Notes: generated from the letters alone by a model not told the origin. A stretch of DNA of 64,000 nucleotides from Candidatus Berkelbacteria bacterium (GCA_037127955.1 JBAXXI010000001.1:9217-73216); one strand, 5' to 3'; shown: positions 26,945 to 36,744, counted from the first letter of the stretch. Numbers and translations are program-made.

Positions 26945-28522
26945 TTAAAAATCCAAATCGTCCTGTTTTTGCTTAATAAAACGAAACCATGAATTACTAA
27001 TTTTAATAATACTTTTAAGCGGTGCTTCGATCAAAAAATCCAAAGTAATAGTAAATGGATTTTGCTTCGTAATCGCGTTAGACAAAAATTTACCAATCAA
27101 AATAAATGGTAAAAACGCGAATTCTACCATTGAAACCAAAAAACTATCCCGAGTTTTCTGCATCGCTAGTTCCAATGCAATATTTCGAATTCTAAATGAA
27201 AAAAACGAAACCGCGGAAATAAAAATAAAAAACAAAGATATACTAACAACATTGAACCCTAACTTTGTCAGCAATATTATCACCCCGATAATAATTGCAA
27301 TATTGAAAATAACATAAAGGGTGTCAAAAAACATTTCGATATGAGTTTTTTTACGCTCACCAATAAAAAATGGTTTTGATTCAATTTTTCGGTAAGTTAA
27401 AATATTATTAATAGAATTTAAAACTGTTTGCCGATTTGCCTGAGACGGGGTCTTGACCGACAATCCGGCAAACAACATGATGATCGGTGGGGCAAATATA
27501 TTAATTGCTAATGGTAAATAATCGATCGATTTCCTTAAAATCTGATCAAAAGGCATTTCAATAATAAAAGCTAATGAAACCTTAGTTAACAGAATAAAAA
27601 TTAAAGCTCGAAACGTACCTCGCCAAACCTTTGTTTTGGTTTTATCGATCAATTTGTCATAAACTCCCATCAACCAATCAACCAACTTTTCTCTATTACC
27701 ACTAATTAAGGTTAAATTACTCTGATAATTAGGCAATTCCTTAATTAGAACAAAAGGCGCAATGTATTTTTTCGAGTAAGCAAAATAATCCTTACTATAT
27801 GGATTTTTAAAAACCTGGTCTGCCTGACCAACAATATTATCAAAATGATGACCAATTTCCTTTGCATGATCAAGACTAAAATCTACAAAATAAGGAAAAA
27901 TTTTCCTAATCAACCAATATTGCGCATAAGAGTAATCTGGTTTAAAAATCAAAGTTAAAATAGAAAGTTTTAATTGAATTTCACTGATCTTTTCTTGAGA
28001 AACACTTGCAAACTTTAAATTATCTTTTAGGCAATTATAGGCAAAATCGACCATAATTTCTTGACGCTTACGACAAAAAAATATTTCATCAATCTCGCAA
28101 GCCATCCAGCCAATAACGATCTTTTGAGCGTCATATTTAGCCATATTTCTTGACCGAAGCGAGCTAAGTAATACCAAATAACGGTTAATGACTTTTTTGA
28201 CTTTAGCGACTTCGTCATCAGTTAAAGTATCAATATTAATATAATCAGCCCAAGCCAATTCGTTTAATAAATCATTAAATAACATTTCGGCATCAAGCGA
28301 GACAGACAAAGCATATTTGCGACGAATAATTCGACTAACGGCATTTTTAAAAATCAAATGGTCTTCCTGATATTCTACAGCTGTCCGAAATTTTTCATAC
28401 AAAAAAGCCGAGTGCATCATTTTGTCATTGCCCTTATTCAAATGCTTTTCGCCGGTCGCAAGTATAATAAATTTCTCCAGAAACTTTTCAACTTCCAGAG
28501 AGTACTGACTGTCTTTTTCCAT
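26945..28522 (-). CDS. Hypothetical protein: large soluble N-domain plus C-terminal multi-TM region
   Basis: 525-aa intact ORF; YEKFRTAVEYQEDHL N-terminal block; about 5 TM helices; no function assignable. Confidence 0.75.
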   Translation of the reverse strand: MEKDSQYSLEVEKFLEKFIILATGEKHLNKGNDKMMHSAFLYEKFRTAVEYQEDHLIFKNAVSRIIRRKYALSVSLDAEMLFNDLLNELAWADYINIDTLTDDEVAKVKKVINRYLVLLSSLRSRNMAKYDAQKIVIGWMACEIDEIFFCRKRQEIMVDFAYNCLKDNLKFASVSQEKISEIQLKLSILTLIFKPDYSYAQYWLIRKIFPYFVDFSLDHAKEIGHHFDNIVGQADQVFKNPYSKDYFAYSKKYIAPFVLIKELPNYQSNLTLISGNREKLVDWLMGVYDKLIDKTKTKVWRGTFRALIFILLTKVSLAFIIEMPFDQILRKSIDYLPLAINIFAPPIIMLFAGLSVKTPSQANRQTVLNSINNILTYRKIESKPFFIGERKKTHIEMFFDTLYVIFNIAIIIGVIILLTKLGFNVVSISLFFIFISAVSFFSFRIRNIALELAMQKTRDSFLVSMVEFAFLPFILIGKFLSNAITKQNPFTITLDFLIEAPLKSIIKISNSWFRFIKQKQDDLDF

Positions 28523-28563
28523 AAATTTATAATATGGTAATTAAAATATTTTATCAAGGAAAA

Positions 28564-29067
28564 TTACATTTTTCGACTATCATAAGCCCAGTGCAACAAA
28601 GCCTGTCGTTGTTTTTTTCGACACAACCAATCACCTTTATGACAATTTCTGACCACTTGCGCAACATGCCTTTTCATTGCCTTCCAGCGCTTAATTTGCC
28701 TATCATCTTCCTCTTGCAAACGTCGTCCCATAAAATATCGACAATACCACTGGAACCAACCCCTGGGATCATCTTTGTAAATCCAACCTTTTTCACACCA
28801 AACCGAAAGCGGTTGACTCGCATTAACTCCAAAGAAATTTAACTTTGCCTCATGAAAATTAGAATTCAATTTTGCCTTAGCAAACCAATCGTCAGGAAAT
28901 TCTTGCAAACAATCGGTCATATATTTACCGCCAAAAACACCTAATTCAAGCATATCTTTAGGGGTCAAATCTGGCTTAAATTCCGAATGAAAATTCTTAC
29001 CCATTGGCTCAACTAACTCATAACTATAATTTTTTTGCATCTTGTCGTTAACATGAACTTTTTTCAC
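28564..29067 (-). CDS. Conserved hypothetical Trp/Arg-rich protein (DPRGWFQWYCRY family)
   Basis: LTPKDMLELGVFGGKY, NFFGVNASQ, DPRGWFQWYCRYFMGRR, RQALLHWAYD; GGAG RBS with GTG start. Confidence 0.8.
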   Translation of the reverse strand: MKKVHVNDKMQKNYSYELVEPMGKNFHSEFKPDLTPKDMLELGVFGGKYMTDCLQEFPDDWFAKAKLNSNFHEAKLNFFGVNASQPLSVWCEKGWIYKDDPRGWFQWYCRYFMGRRLQEEDDRQIKRWKAMKRHVAQVVRNCHKGDWLCRKKQRQALLHWAYDSRKM

Positions 29068-29238
29068 TTTTACTCCATTTTTTAATTCGAATTGTTACAC
29101 TCTTAGTATAAACGATGATAATCTATAAAAAAATATCATCGAATCATTTAAACCTTGATAGCTAGCATCTAAATCTAACTATTGATACTGCTCTAGATTC
29201 ATGTTAAAATCGTATTACAATTATTCAAGGGGGTAAAT

Positions 29239-29553
29239 ATGAATAATACAAAAGAAATCAATGTCCAAAATTTGATTTTTTTGGTTTTTGCTGCTAATCC
29301 ATGTTATATCAAAGTGACAGACAAAAAACCAAAAGACGTCACCATTAATCTGGTAACCAAAACTTGGTTTAGAAATGGTGACCATGAACCTCATCGTAGC
29401 AACAGAATCGGCTCAGCCATTCGCCAACCTATTAAAGATGGCGGCGCCATTATCGGTGTTTACGACCGAACAAACATCAACCATTTAAATGCGATGGCTG
29501 GTGATATCAGAGATGCAACCTACTCTGATTCTGGCTCAATCGACTGCGGCTAA
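29239..29553 (+). CDS. Hypothetical protein, 104 aa
   Basis: AAGGGGG RBS and ATG; own terminator at 29559-29582. Confidence 0.6.
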   Translation: MNNTKEINVQNLIFLVFAANPCYIKVTDKKPKDVTINLVTKTWFRNGDHEPHRSNRIGSAIRQPIKDGGAIIGVYDRTNINHLNAMAGDIRDATYSDSGSIDCG

Positions 29554-29558
29554 ACCCC

Positions 29559-29633
29559 AACCTCCTTTACAGGAGGTTTTTTAATATAAATTTAACCTTA
29601 ACCTTAAACGCCTCAATGGACTGAGGCGTTTAA
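29559..29633. terminator. Two adjacent hairpins (29559-29582 and 29604-29633), probable terminators of convergent transcripts
   Basis: aacctcct-ttac-aggaggtttttt and ttaaacgcctca-atggac-tgaggcgtttaa. Confidence 0.65.
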
Positions 29634-29674
29634 AAATAGCCACGAAAAAACACCAGTTTCCTGGTGTATTTTCG

Positions 29675-29697
29675 TGGCGGACCGGACGGGACTCGAA
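29675..29697 (-). repeat. 23-bp direct repeat of the tRNA-Asp 3' end (att-like)
   Basis: tggcggaccggacgggactcgaa is identical at 29675-29697 and 29862-29884. Confidence 0.92.
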
Positions 29698-29861
29698 GGA
29701 CGGGACCCTGCCCGTCTTCTACTCTACCTTTTACACTAAATCTTGGCTTTAAAGAGTGCTTCCAACTTTTTAATAATTATCTTGGATTAACTTTTGCCTC
29801 GCGGCTTCATCAACCCATCTACCAAAAAGAGAATTTATCACTTTGTGACAAACTCTCTTTT

Positions 29862-29938
29862 TGGCGGACCGGACGGGACTCGAACCCGCGACCTCCTCCG
29901 TGACAGGGAGGCGCTCTAGCCAACTGAGCTACCGGTCC
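29862..29938 (-). tRNA. tRNA-Asp(GUC)
   Basis: GGACCGG acceptor, CCTCC-CTGTCAC-GGAGG arm, G73, CCA; upstream TTGAAA-17-TATAAT at 29952-29980. Confidence 0.96.
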
Positions 29939-30009
29939 ATATGATAATATTATTATAAACTAAAACCAGGATTTTTTCAACCCTTTGGCGAGTTTTAGCT
30001 CACGATCTT

Positions 30010-30945
30010 CTACTTAATAAAACGCCATGTTCGAGTTTGTTTTTTTAAATTAGCCAACCAATTATCAAAACTATCGTTAATCACACCTTTTTTGGCCTCA
30101 ACCTTAACAACCTCGAATCCTGCCGAAGTCTTAACGGGACCAACGATATCGCCAACCTTTGCACCAAAAACCGCATTATCAAACTCTGGCAAGGAACTAC
30201 CATCGGCCACTAATTGACCTTTACCCAACCAACCTAACTCACCATTGTTATCTCGAGACTTAGTGTCTTCCGAAAACTGCTTGGCTAAGCCTGCAAAATC
30301 CTCGCCTTTTTGAGCTCTAGCTGCCACATCTTTAGCCCGATTTTCATCTTTTGTAAAAACATGAGCAACCTGAACTTGAACCATTAAATTATTACGAATC
30401 GCCTCTTTAATCAATTTTTGTCTAACCAATGTTTTAAATTCACGCTCGCTCATACCGTATAAGTCATTCAAAACTTTTTTAACTTCGGTACGACCACCAG
30501 CCTGATCAATCACTTGCTGATAAGCATCATTAAAATCTTTATTACTAACCTTGATATTATAACGCAAGGCCTGAAATTGCAAAATTTGATCTTCGGTCAA
30601 TTGATCAATAATTTTTTTTCTTAAATCGGTTTGATCAGAAAAGGTTTGTTTAGTTTTCGATGAAAATTGCTGAATATAATTTAATTGTTGATAATAAGCA
30701 CTGGCCCAAACCACTTTACCATTAACAAAGGCGGCCGGGAACGGGTAAAAATAAGTCGAAGTTTTGATGATCGGACTATCATTTTTTTTGCCATAAATTT
30801 CTATGCCAAAATAAATACCAAAACCGATATAGATCAAAATGAGAGTACAAAAAACCGCTGAAAAAATCCAACGAAAAGTTTTTCTAGGCTTCAATCTATT
30901 TAATAAATTAAGCCAAAGATTTTTCAAAATTTCTAAAAATTTCAT
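30010..30945 (-). CDS. PrsA/SurA-like foldase with PpiC parvulin domain
   Basis: N-terminal TM, SurA-like helical domain, GEDFAGLAKQFSED...GELGW...EFDNAVF...GPVKT. Confidence 0.88.
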   Translation of the reverse strand: MKFLEILKNLWLNLLNRLKPRKTFRWIFSAVFCTLILIYIGFGIYFGIEIYGKKNDSPIIKTSTYFYPFPAAFVNGKVVWASAYYQQLNYIQQFSSKTKQTFSDQTDLRKKIIDQLTEDQILQFQALRYNIKVSNKDFNDAYQQVIDQAGGRTEVKKVLNDLYGMSEREFKTLVRQKLIKEAIRNNLMVQVQVAHVFTKDENRAKDVAARAQKGEDFAGLAKQFSEDTKSRDNNGELGWLGKGQLVADGSSLPEFDNAVFGAKVGDIVGPVKTSAGFEVVKVEAKKGVINDSFDNWLANLKKQTRTWRFIK

Positions 30946-31556
30946 TGTCCTCCTTTAAAACCAAGCCAAGTACTTAAAATCAATAAACCCAAAATTAAAA
31001 CACTCACCACGAAATAGCCTAAAACCTTTTTAAATCTTAACACATTGTGTGTATACAAGTAAATCAGGTTTGTAATTAGATAAAAAACTACCACTAAAAT
31101 TAAACTTTTAATTTTTGGGTCAACTGGCCAAAAAGCCAGACTTAAAAATACTTCCAAAACCACTAACCCATTTAGACTGGCAAATAACCAAAATAACGCC
31201 CGTCTCATGAGTGTATCAATTTTGTCCAAAATCAACATACAGAGAAATAAAAGTGTCACCAGTAGCCAAACCGCAATCATAATCAAATAAAGCTGAATAC
31301 CAAGACCATAGAGTAAATTATAAAGCGTAAAAACAGCTAAATACAAAACAAATAAAATTAAAAACTCTCTATGACTGGTCAAAGGCGGCTTTTCGGCCTC
31401 ATGGCGGATCCCCATATAAAAGCTTACTCCTGCAATCACCACTACTAAAACTTTCAAAATGATCGATGTTTCAAAATAGAAAAAACCGTAAACAGACACA
31501 GCTAAAATAGCTGCTAAAATCAATTTTCCTCTTAATAACCACTGATCATTCAACAT
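30942..31556 (-). CDS. Hypothetical polytopic membrane protein
   Basis: About 7 hydrophobic segments; its stop overlaps the foldase start. Confidence 0.75.
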   Translation of the reverse strand: MLNDQWLLRGKLILAAILAVSVYGFFYFETSIILKVLVVVIAGVSFYMGIRHEAEKPPLTSHREFLILFVLYLAVFTLYNLLYGLGIQLYLIMIAVWLLVTLLFLCMLILDKIDTLMRRALFWLFASLNGLVVLEVFLSLAFWPVDPKIKSLILVVVFYLITNLIYLYTHNVLRFKKVLGYFVVSVLILGLLILSTWLGFKGGQ

Positions 31557-31577
31557 GGCGACCTTTTATTAAATATT

Positions 31578-32924
31578 TTATAGACTAGAAGTTGACCGTT
31601 GATCTAATACTCTATCCTGACCTAATATAACCTGAATATCATAGTTTGTACAACTAGTTTTAGTTTTTACCGTAGCTTGCAAGATTTTAGCAATACTAAT
31701 CGCCGTCGATTCACCTGTTGTACCGGTACAATTATAAACAATCGTACTCGGAATTGAACCTGTTGCTGAATTACCAACTGACGACACTGAATAATTATAT
31801 GTTTTTAATAATTGTGAAGCTTCGGTTGCAATACCGGCTTTACCAGTACTATTTAGAACTTGAATTTTTAAAACTGGCGCTAAAGTCACTTCTGGCACAA
31901 AAATATTTTGAGCGATCTTTTGCATATCCGAATAATTATCAATGCCTTTTTTAGGCAAAATAATATAACCGCGTTCATCTTGTAACGCCACCAAAACACT
32001 GCCTGGCGCCGTATCGAAAACTTTATTTGTCATATTCGCCGTATCGATTGTCTTAATCCCGCTCCAAAGAGTCATAATTTCATTAACCGACATATTTGTT
32101 CGAATATGCGTCCCTAAAATATTCAACAATTCTGTGATTTTTTTAATATTTGATAAAGTTTCGAGTGAAAATATTTTTTCCTTAACCGCTGTTAAAACTT
32201 GTTGTTGGCGTCTGGCTCGATCAAAATCAGAAGTAGTTTCACGGGAACGAGCATATTTAAGCGCGGTTGCGCCATCCATATGATGAAGCCCGACCGTAAT
32301 CTTAAACGGATCGTAATCAACCATATTGGCTGCTGGATAATAAGGGTCATACAAAGCCTTGTCAACATAAATATCGACTCCGCCGAGCGCATCAACAGTT
32401 TTGCGAAAGCCATCAAAATCCAGACTGACATAATAATGAATCGGTATACCCAAAACTTCGCTAATCACGGTTGAGGCAACTTTACCACCGCCGCCAGAAA
32501 TTTTCGGATTCTGGTTTCCAGCAAAAAAGGCCTCGTTAATCTTAGAATAATGATAATTTGGCACTTTAACCCATAAATCTCTTGGTACAGAAATCATGGC
32601 CATCTTTTTTTCCTGCCAATTGATCGATAAAACCATCATGGTATCAGTTAAACCGCCACCAGGGTGATTCAACCCGCCATTACCAAGTAGCAAAATATTA
32701 GTTCTACCTTCGCTTTGACCTTTGATCGTCTTACCATCAAACAAAGACAATAGAGAATTCTTTTTCGAATCCGATGTGATATTTTTAATCGAATGGAAAA
32801 TATCATAACCAAGCCAAGAACCGACGCCAACGATCAAGACCACAACAGCAAACACAATCCACCAAATTGTTTTTGATTTAGTTTTAACTAAATCTGAGAC
32901 ATTTCTTTTATTTCTATAAACCAT
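31578..32924 (-). CDS. LCP (LytR-CpsA-Psr) family protein with C-terminal LytR_C domain
   Basis: NILLLG, TDTMMV, SVPRD, KINEA, ALKYARSR, SDFDRARRQQ; VLNSTGKAGIA...DIQVILG. Confidence 0.93.
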   Translation of the reverse strand: MVYRNKRNVSDLVKTKSKTIWWIVFAVVVLIVGVGSWLGYDIFHSIKNITSDSKKNSLLSLFDGKTIKGQSEGRTNILLLGNGGLNHPGGGLTDTMMVLSINWQEKKMAMISVPRDLWVKVPNYHYSKINEAFFAGNQNPKISGGGGKVASTVISEVLGIPIHYYVSLDFDGFRKTVDALGGVDIYVDKALYDPYYPAANMVDYDPFKITVGLHHMDGATALKYARSRETTSDFDRARRQQQVLTAVKEKIFSLETLSNIKKITELLNILGTHIRTNMSVNEIMTLWSGIKTIDTANMTNKVFDTAPGSVLVALQDERGYIILPKKGIDNYSDMQKIAQNIFVPEVTLAPVLKIQVLNSTGKAGIATEASQLLKTYNYSVSSVGNSATGSIPSTIVYNCTGTTGESTAISIAKILQATVKTKTSCTNYDIQVILGQDRVLDQRSTSSL

Positions 32925-32988
32925 TTATTCCTCTTAAATTAAAAAATCCCCTTAAGCTTTAAACATAGTGTATCATTTTTTCTCTTGC

Positions 32989-33016
32989 TTGACAAAAAAA
33001 TCTCGGTTGTTAAGAT
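32989..33016 (+). promoter_or_regulatory. Promoter of pyrB
   Basis: TTGACA-16-TAAGAT with TG extension. Confidence 0.6.
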
Positions 33017-33051
33017 AAGGCTAGTAACTTAACAATCAAAGGAGACTTATT

Positions 33052-33981
33052 ATGCCAGAAAAATTGAAGCACTTAGTCAGTGTCGATGACCTAAGTAAAG
33101 AATGGATCGACCTGATTTTCAAACGAGCCGACATTCATAAAAAGTATAAAGCCGAACCAATTGACCAGATTTTAACCAACAAAATCATTGGTAGTCTGTT
33201 TTATGAACCCAGTACCAGAACGAAATTCTCTTTTGAATCAGCCATCTATCGATTTGGCGGTCACGTTATCGGCACCGAAGACGCAAGTAAATTTTCCTCC
33301 GCCGTTAAAGGTGAAAATTTACAAGATACAATTAAGGTTTTGGGGAACTATGTTCATGCAATTGTCTTACGTCATAACCAAACTGGATCGGCTCAAAAAG
33401 CTGCTGAAATTTCTACTGTTCCAATCATCAATGCCGGCGATGGCAAGGGCGAACATCCAACTCAAACTTTAGGCGACTTATACACAATCCAAGAGAAAAA
33501 GGGTACCATCGACAATCTGACAATCGGTATGGCTGGAGACTTAGCCAATGGTCGCACAGTTCATTCGCTTGCCAATGGCTTAAGCCAATTTTACAAAAAT
33601 GTTAACATGTTTTTAGTTTCACCACCGAGTTTACAAATGCCTGAATATATTAAAAAAATGCTAAATGATCGCAATATCAACTATTATGAATACGAGGCCT
33701 TAGATGATATCGAGCCTGATCAACTTGACGTTCTTTATATGACCAGAATTCAAAAAGAACGTTTTAAAAAGAAGGAGGATTTTTTGGCGGTTAAAGATAG
33801 TTGCATTCTTGGCATGGATTTTGTCAATAAAATGAAAAAGGATGCTATTATTATGCATCCTTTACCCAAAATTAACGAAATTAAACTTGCAGTCGACGAC
33901 GACTCGAGAGCCGTCTACTTTGACCAAGCCAATTACGGCCTATTTATTCGCATGGCGATCTTAGAACTCATCCTAAGCTAA
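33052..33981 (+). CDS. pyrB: Aspartate carbamoyltransferase catalytic subunit
   Basis: FYEPSTRT, KGE, NAGDG..EHPTQ, GDLANGRTVHS, TRIQKER, MHPLP. Confidence 0.96.
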   Translation: MPEKLKHLVSVDDLSKEWIDLIFKRADIHKKYKAEPIDQILTNKIIGSLFYEPSTRTKFSFESAIYRFGGHVIGTEDASKFSSAVKGENLQDTIKVLGNYVHAIVLRHNQTGSAQKAAEISTVPIINAGDGKGEHPTQTLGDLYTIQEKKGTIDNLTIGMAGDLANGRTVHSLANGLSQFYKNVNMFLVSPPSLQMPEYIKKMLNDRNINYYEYEALDDIEPDQLDVLYMTRIQKERFKKKEDFLAVKDSCILGMDFVNKMKKDAIIMHPLPKINEIKLAVDDDSRAVYFDQANYGLFIRMAILELILS

Positions 33982-33987
33982 CCTATT

Positions 33988-34013
33988 TCCCCTGATTATT
34001 CAGGGGATTTTTT
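33988..34013 (+). terminator. Terminator after pyrB
   Basis: tcccctga-ttat-tcagggga followed by a T run. Confidence 0.75.
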
Positions 34014-34368
34014 AATTTGAATAATCTGGTAATGCTATTTTAGAAAACTTTTGATCAAGGTTTTGCGATAAAACCTTTTCTAATTCATCTTTATTATAAG
34101 CCAAAACCGGAATGTCCAAAGACCAAGCCATAACATTAGCCACAGCCATTGCCACTCTCAAACCAGTATAAGAACCAGGACCGGCACAAACTAAAATTGC
34201 AATCAAATCTCGAGATTCAATTTTGGCTTTCACTATTACTTGATTAATTTTTGACAAAATATCAGCCGATTGATCCTGAGTTTCAAATTCTGAAAAATCT
34301 AAATTATTATTAACAAATAATCCGATTTTTAATTTATTTCGATCGGTTGTATCAATTATTAGCTTCAT
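34012..34368 (-). CDS. tsaB: t6A biosynthesis protein TsaB, short single-domain form (118 aa)
   Basis: LIIDT, GPGSYTGLRV; start overlaps the tsaE stop region. Confidence 0.88.
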   Translation of the reverse strand: MKLIIDTTDRNKLKIGLFVNNNLDFSEFETQDQSADILSKINQVIVKAKIESRDLIAILVCAGPGSYTGLRVAMAVANVMAWSLDIPVLAYNKDELEKVLSQNLDQKFSKIALPDYSN

Positions 34369-34828
34369 CGCATCCTTTAATTTCAATTTTTCTGGTTTTT
34401 TCATCGATAAATGCAAAATCAATATTAATCATATTTTTTGGCAAAATTTTCATAATTTTTTCAGCCCATTCGACAGCCATCACAACATCATCACGACCCA
34501 AATAATCCTCAATACCAACTGATTTAATATCTTCAATATTTTCACACCTATACGCGTCGATATGCACAAATTCAATTTTTTTATCACCGATTTTACCAGG
34601 ATAAACCTTCATAATGACAAAGGTTGGTGAAGTCACGATCTCTTCAACCCTGAGCGCCTCAGCCAAACCTTTAGTAAACGTAGTTTTACCGCCACCTAAA
34701 TCTCCATGCAGCGCCAAAATTTCCCCACCGACAAGAGAACTGGCAAAGCTCTGCGCCAGCTCAATTGTCTCTAAAGTATTAAGTGTCGTCGTCACCAAAA
34801 TGGCCTCCGGTAATATTAATTCTTTCAA
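34352..34828 (-). CDS. tsaE: t6A biosynthesis ATPase TsaE (true start may be ~34795-34798, after GGAGG)
   Basis: GDLGGGKTTF, VTSPTF, HIDAYR, VEWAE. Confidence 0.94.
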   Translation of the reverse strand: MKELILPEAILVTTTLNTLETIELAQSFASSLVGGEILALHGDLGGGKTTFTKGLAEALRVEEIVTSPTFVIMKVYPGKIGDKKIEFVHIDAYRCENIEDIKSVGIEDYLGRDDVVMAVEWAEKIMKILPKNMINIDFAFIDEKTRKIEIKGCDEANN

Positions 34829-36734
34829 ATCCTTTTATTTTAATAACTAATAATAACATAAAAATTACACCAAGTCCAATCAAAAACTTCGCAATCTGCA
34901 CCAAAACCGGATTCGAATTATCCTGATTTTCACTCAAATTAGACTGTGTCTCGGTATTTACTGAAGCCGCTTTAGCTTGACCAATAAAATCAGTGGCCGC
35001 CGGGGCCCGAGGCTTATTTGCACCAGTATTCTTTTGCACAGAACTCGCCACAACCGATTTTTTAACTGTTTTTGGCTTTGGTTCAGATTCGTTTTTAGTA
35101 GTCGCATCTTTTTTAATAATCCAAATATCATCTTGAACTCTAGGTAAAATTCGCCAAGTCTCACGATATAAATTGACCACTCCAATTACGCCAAAAATAT
35201 CGCCCTTACGCATTGGCGGTTTTTTTATTTCGGTTTTGGCTTGAATATAAATTTTAACCTGACCGGAACCATCATTTAAATAAAAAGTATTACCCGCAGT
35301 TTGCGTCACCTCACCTTCAACTTCAACTAATTTATCTTTATTATGCTTATAATCTTTAGTTTTTATTTTGATTGGTTTTTTATTAATAACCGGCTTTTCT
35401 TCTTCGTCAGCACTTGTCACTTCTACGGCCGGTAAATAAAAAATATTTTCTTCACCAGACGTCGCCTTACTTGTCCAAGCCCAATCATTGCTACTATTCC
35501 TGGCCCAAGTATAAGTTTCTTTTCCGCCACTAAAAACTGGTGTTTCATACGCGATTTTATCATTTGGATAGTACAATCTAACACCGTCTTTATCATTATT
35601 TAGCGTAATACCAGTTTTACTACGAGCGAAAATTAAATAACCCAACGGCTCGATCTGACCATCTGTAATCTGATAACGTTTAATTGCACCTTCCATGTCC
35701 TCAAGATACCAACCAGATAAATCAACTTTTTCATCTGATTTATTATAAAGCTCAATCCATTCATAAGTCGTCTCGTCACCTGAAGGATCAGCCATTAATT
35801 CATTAACCGCAATTGCATCGGAATAAACCGGTTCAACTAATGAAATTTTGTAAATTTCTGACTCGGTCTTATCGGTGTCATTCGTTGCAATCACTTGCCA
35901 ATAATAATCACCCCAGGTTAAATCAGGAATATTATATTCAAGTTTTGATAATTTCACTTCATCGACAATCGGATCAGAAAGATCTTCATTCTTTGATAAT
36001 AAAAATTCATAAGTTAAATTTTGAGTATCTTTTTCCTGCCAAGAAAAAGTAATATTTTGAGTATTTTCAATTGATTTATTGTCAGGCAAAAGTTCTGTTG
36101 GCGCTAAAGGTTTTAACATTTTTGGCTTACTGGAATTTTCTTCACCAGGCGTTCCAAGGTAAGAAACTGTATCAGAAGCCAATAAATTTACTAACTTCAC
36201 GGCCGTTTGCCAACTATCACTCAAACTACCGTCGTCATAGTCACTGGTTCTTTCCATAGAAAATTTTTCCGAACTTGTATTTTTTCCAGCTAAAGGCGTC
36301 TTACCATCGCCAGCTACATCAACCAATAAAGTTTTATCCTGCCAATCACCCTTATAAAGCTTTATTTGCAAAGTATCATTAGACAAACTTACGCCCTTAT
36401 CAACTAAATCAGGACTTATGTCTAAAATCGAACTTGAGCCTTTTGCATAATGTGAGATTAAAAAATATGAATCTGATTCAATCTTACTATCCGCAGGAAA
36501 AGTCAACATTAGCTTCTCCGTACCACCACTTAAATAGGTTATTTGCCAACCAGAGATGTCAACATCAGTATCGCCAGCATTATAAAGCTCAACCCATTCA
36601 TCATAAGATGTTTTACCACCAGACCACATTAATTCATTTATAAAAATAGACTGACTAGCAGCCTGAACTTTTGAGAAATTTAAAAATAGAACAAAAAAAG
36701 AAAAAATGAAAAAAATAAAAAAACGTCTAAACAT
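34779..36734 (-). CDS. Surface protein with two lamin-tail domains, an OB-fold and a C-terminal TM anchor
   Basis: Signal peptide; INELMW...EWVELYN and VNELMADP...EWIELYN repeats; FYLNDGSGQVKIY...RILPRVQDDI OB fold. Confidence 0.85.
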   Translation of the reverse strand: MFRRFFIFFIFSFFVLFLNFSKVQAASQSIFINELMWSGGKTSYDEWVELYNAGDTDVDISGWQITYLSGGTEKLMLTFPADSKIESDSYFLISHYAKGSSSILDISPDLVDKGVSLSNDTLQIKLYKGDWQDKTLLVDVAGDGKTPLAGKNTSSEKFSMERTSDYDDGSLSDSWQTAVKLVNLLASDTVSYLGTPGEENSSKPKMLKPLAPTELLPDNKSIENTQNITFSWQEKDTQNLTYEFLLSKNEDLSDPIVDEVKLSKLEYNIPDLTWGDYYWQVIATNDTDKTESEIYKISLVEPVYSDAIAVNELMADPSGDETTYEWIELYNKSDEKVDLSGWYLEDMEGAIKRYQITDGQIEPLGYLIFARSKTGITLNNDKDGVRLYYPNDKIAYETPVFSGGKETYTWARNSSNDWAWTSKATSGEENIFYLPAVEVTSADEEEKPVINKKPIKIKTKDYKHNKDKLVEVEGEVTQTAGNTFYLNDGSGQVKIYIQAKTEIKKPPMRKGDIFGVIGVVNLYRETWRILPRVQDDIWIIKKDATTKNESEPKPKTVKKSVVASSVQKNTGANKPRAPAATDFIGQAKAASVNTETQSNLSENQDNSNPVLVQIAKFLIGLGVIFMLLLVIKIKGFERINITGGHFGDDDT

Positions 36735-36744
36735 TTTAAGGTTT

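Noticed and set aside
29675-29884. CRISPR array
   Set aside because: Only two copies, the repeat is a tRNA 3' end, the 164-bp spacer is far too long, and there are no cas genes in the window.
29664-29903. 79-aa ORF on the + strand
   Set aside because: It overlaps the antisense of tRNA-Asp and its duplicated end, and has no RBS or protein-like motif.
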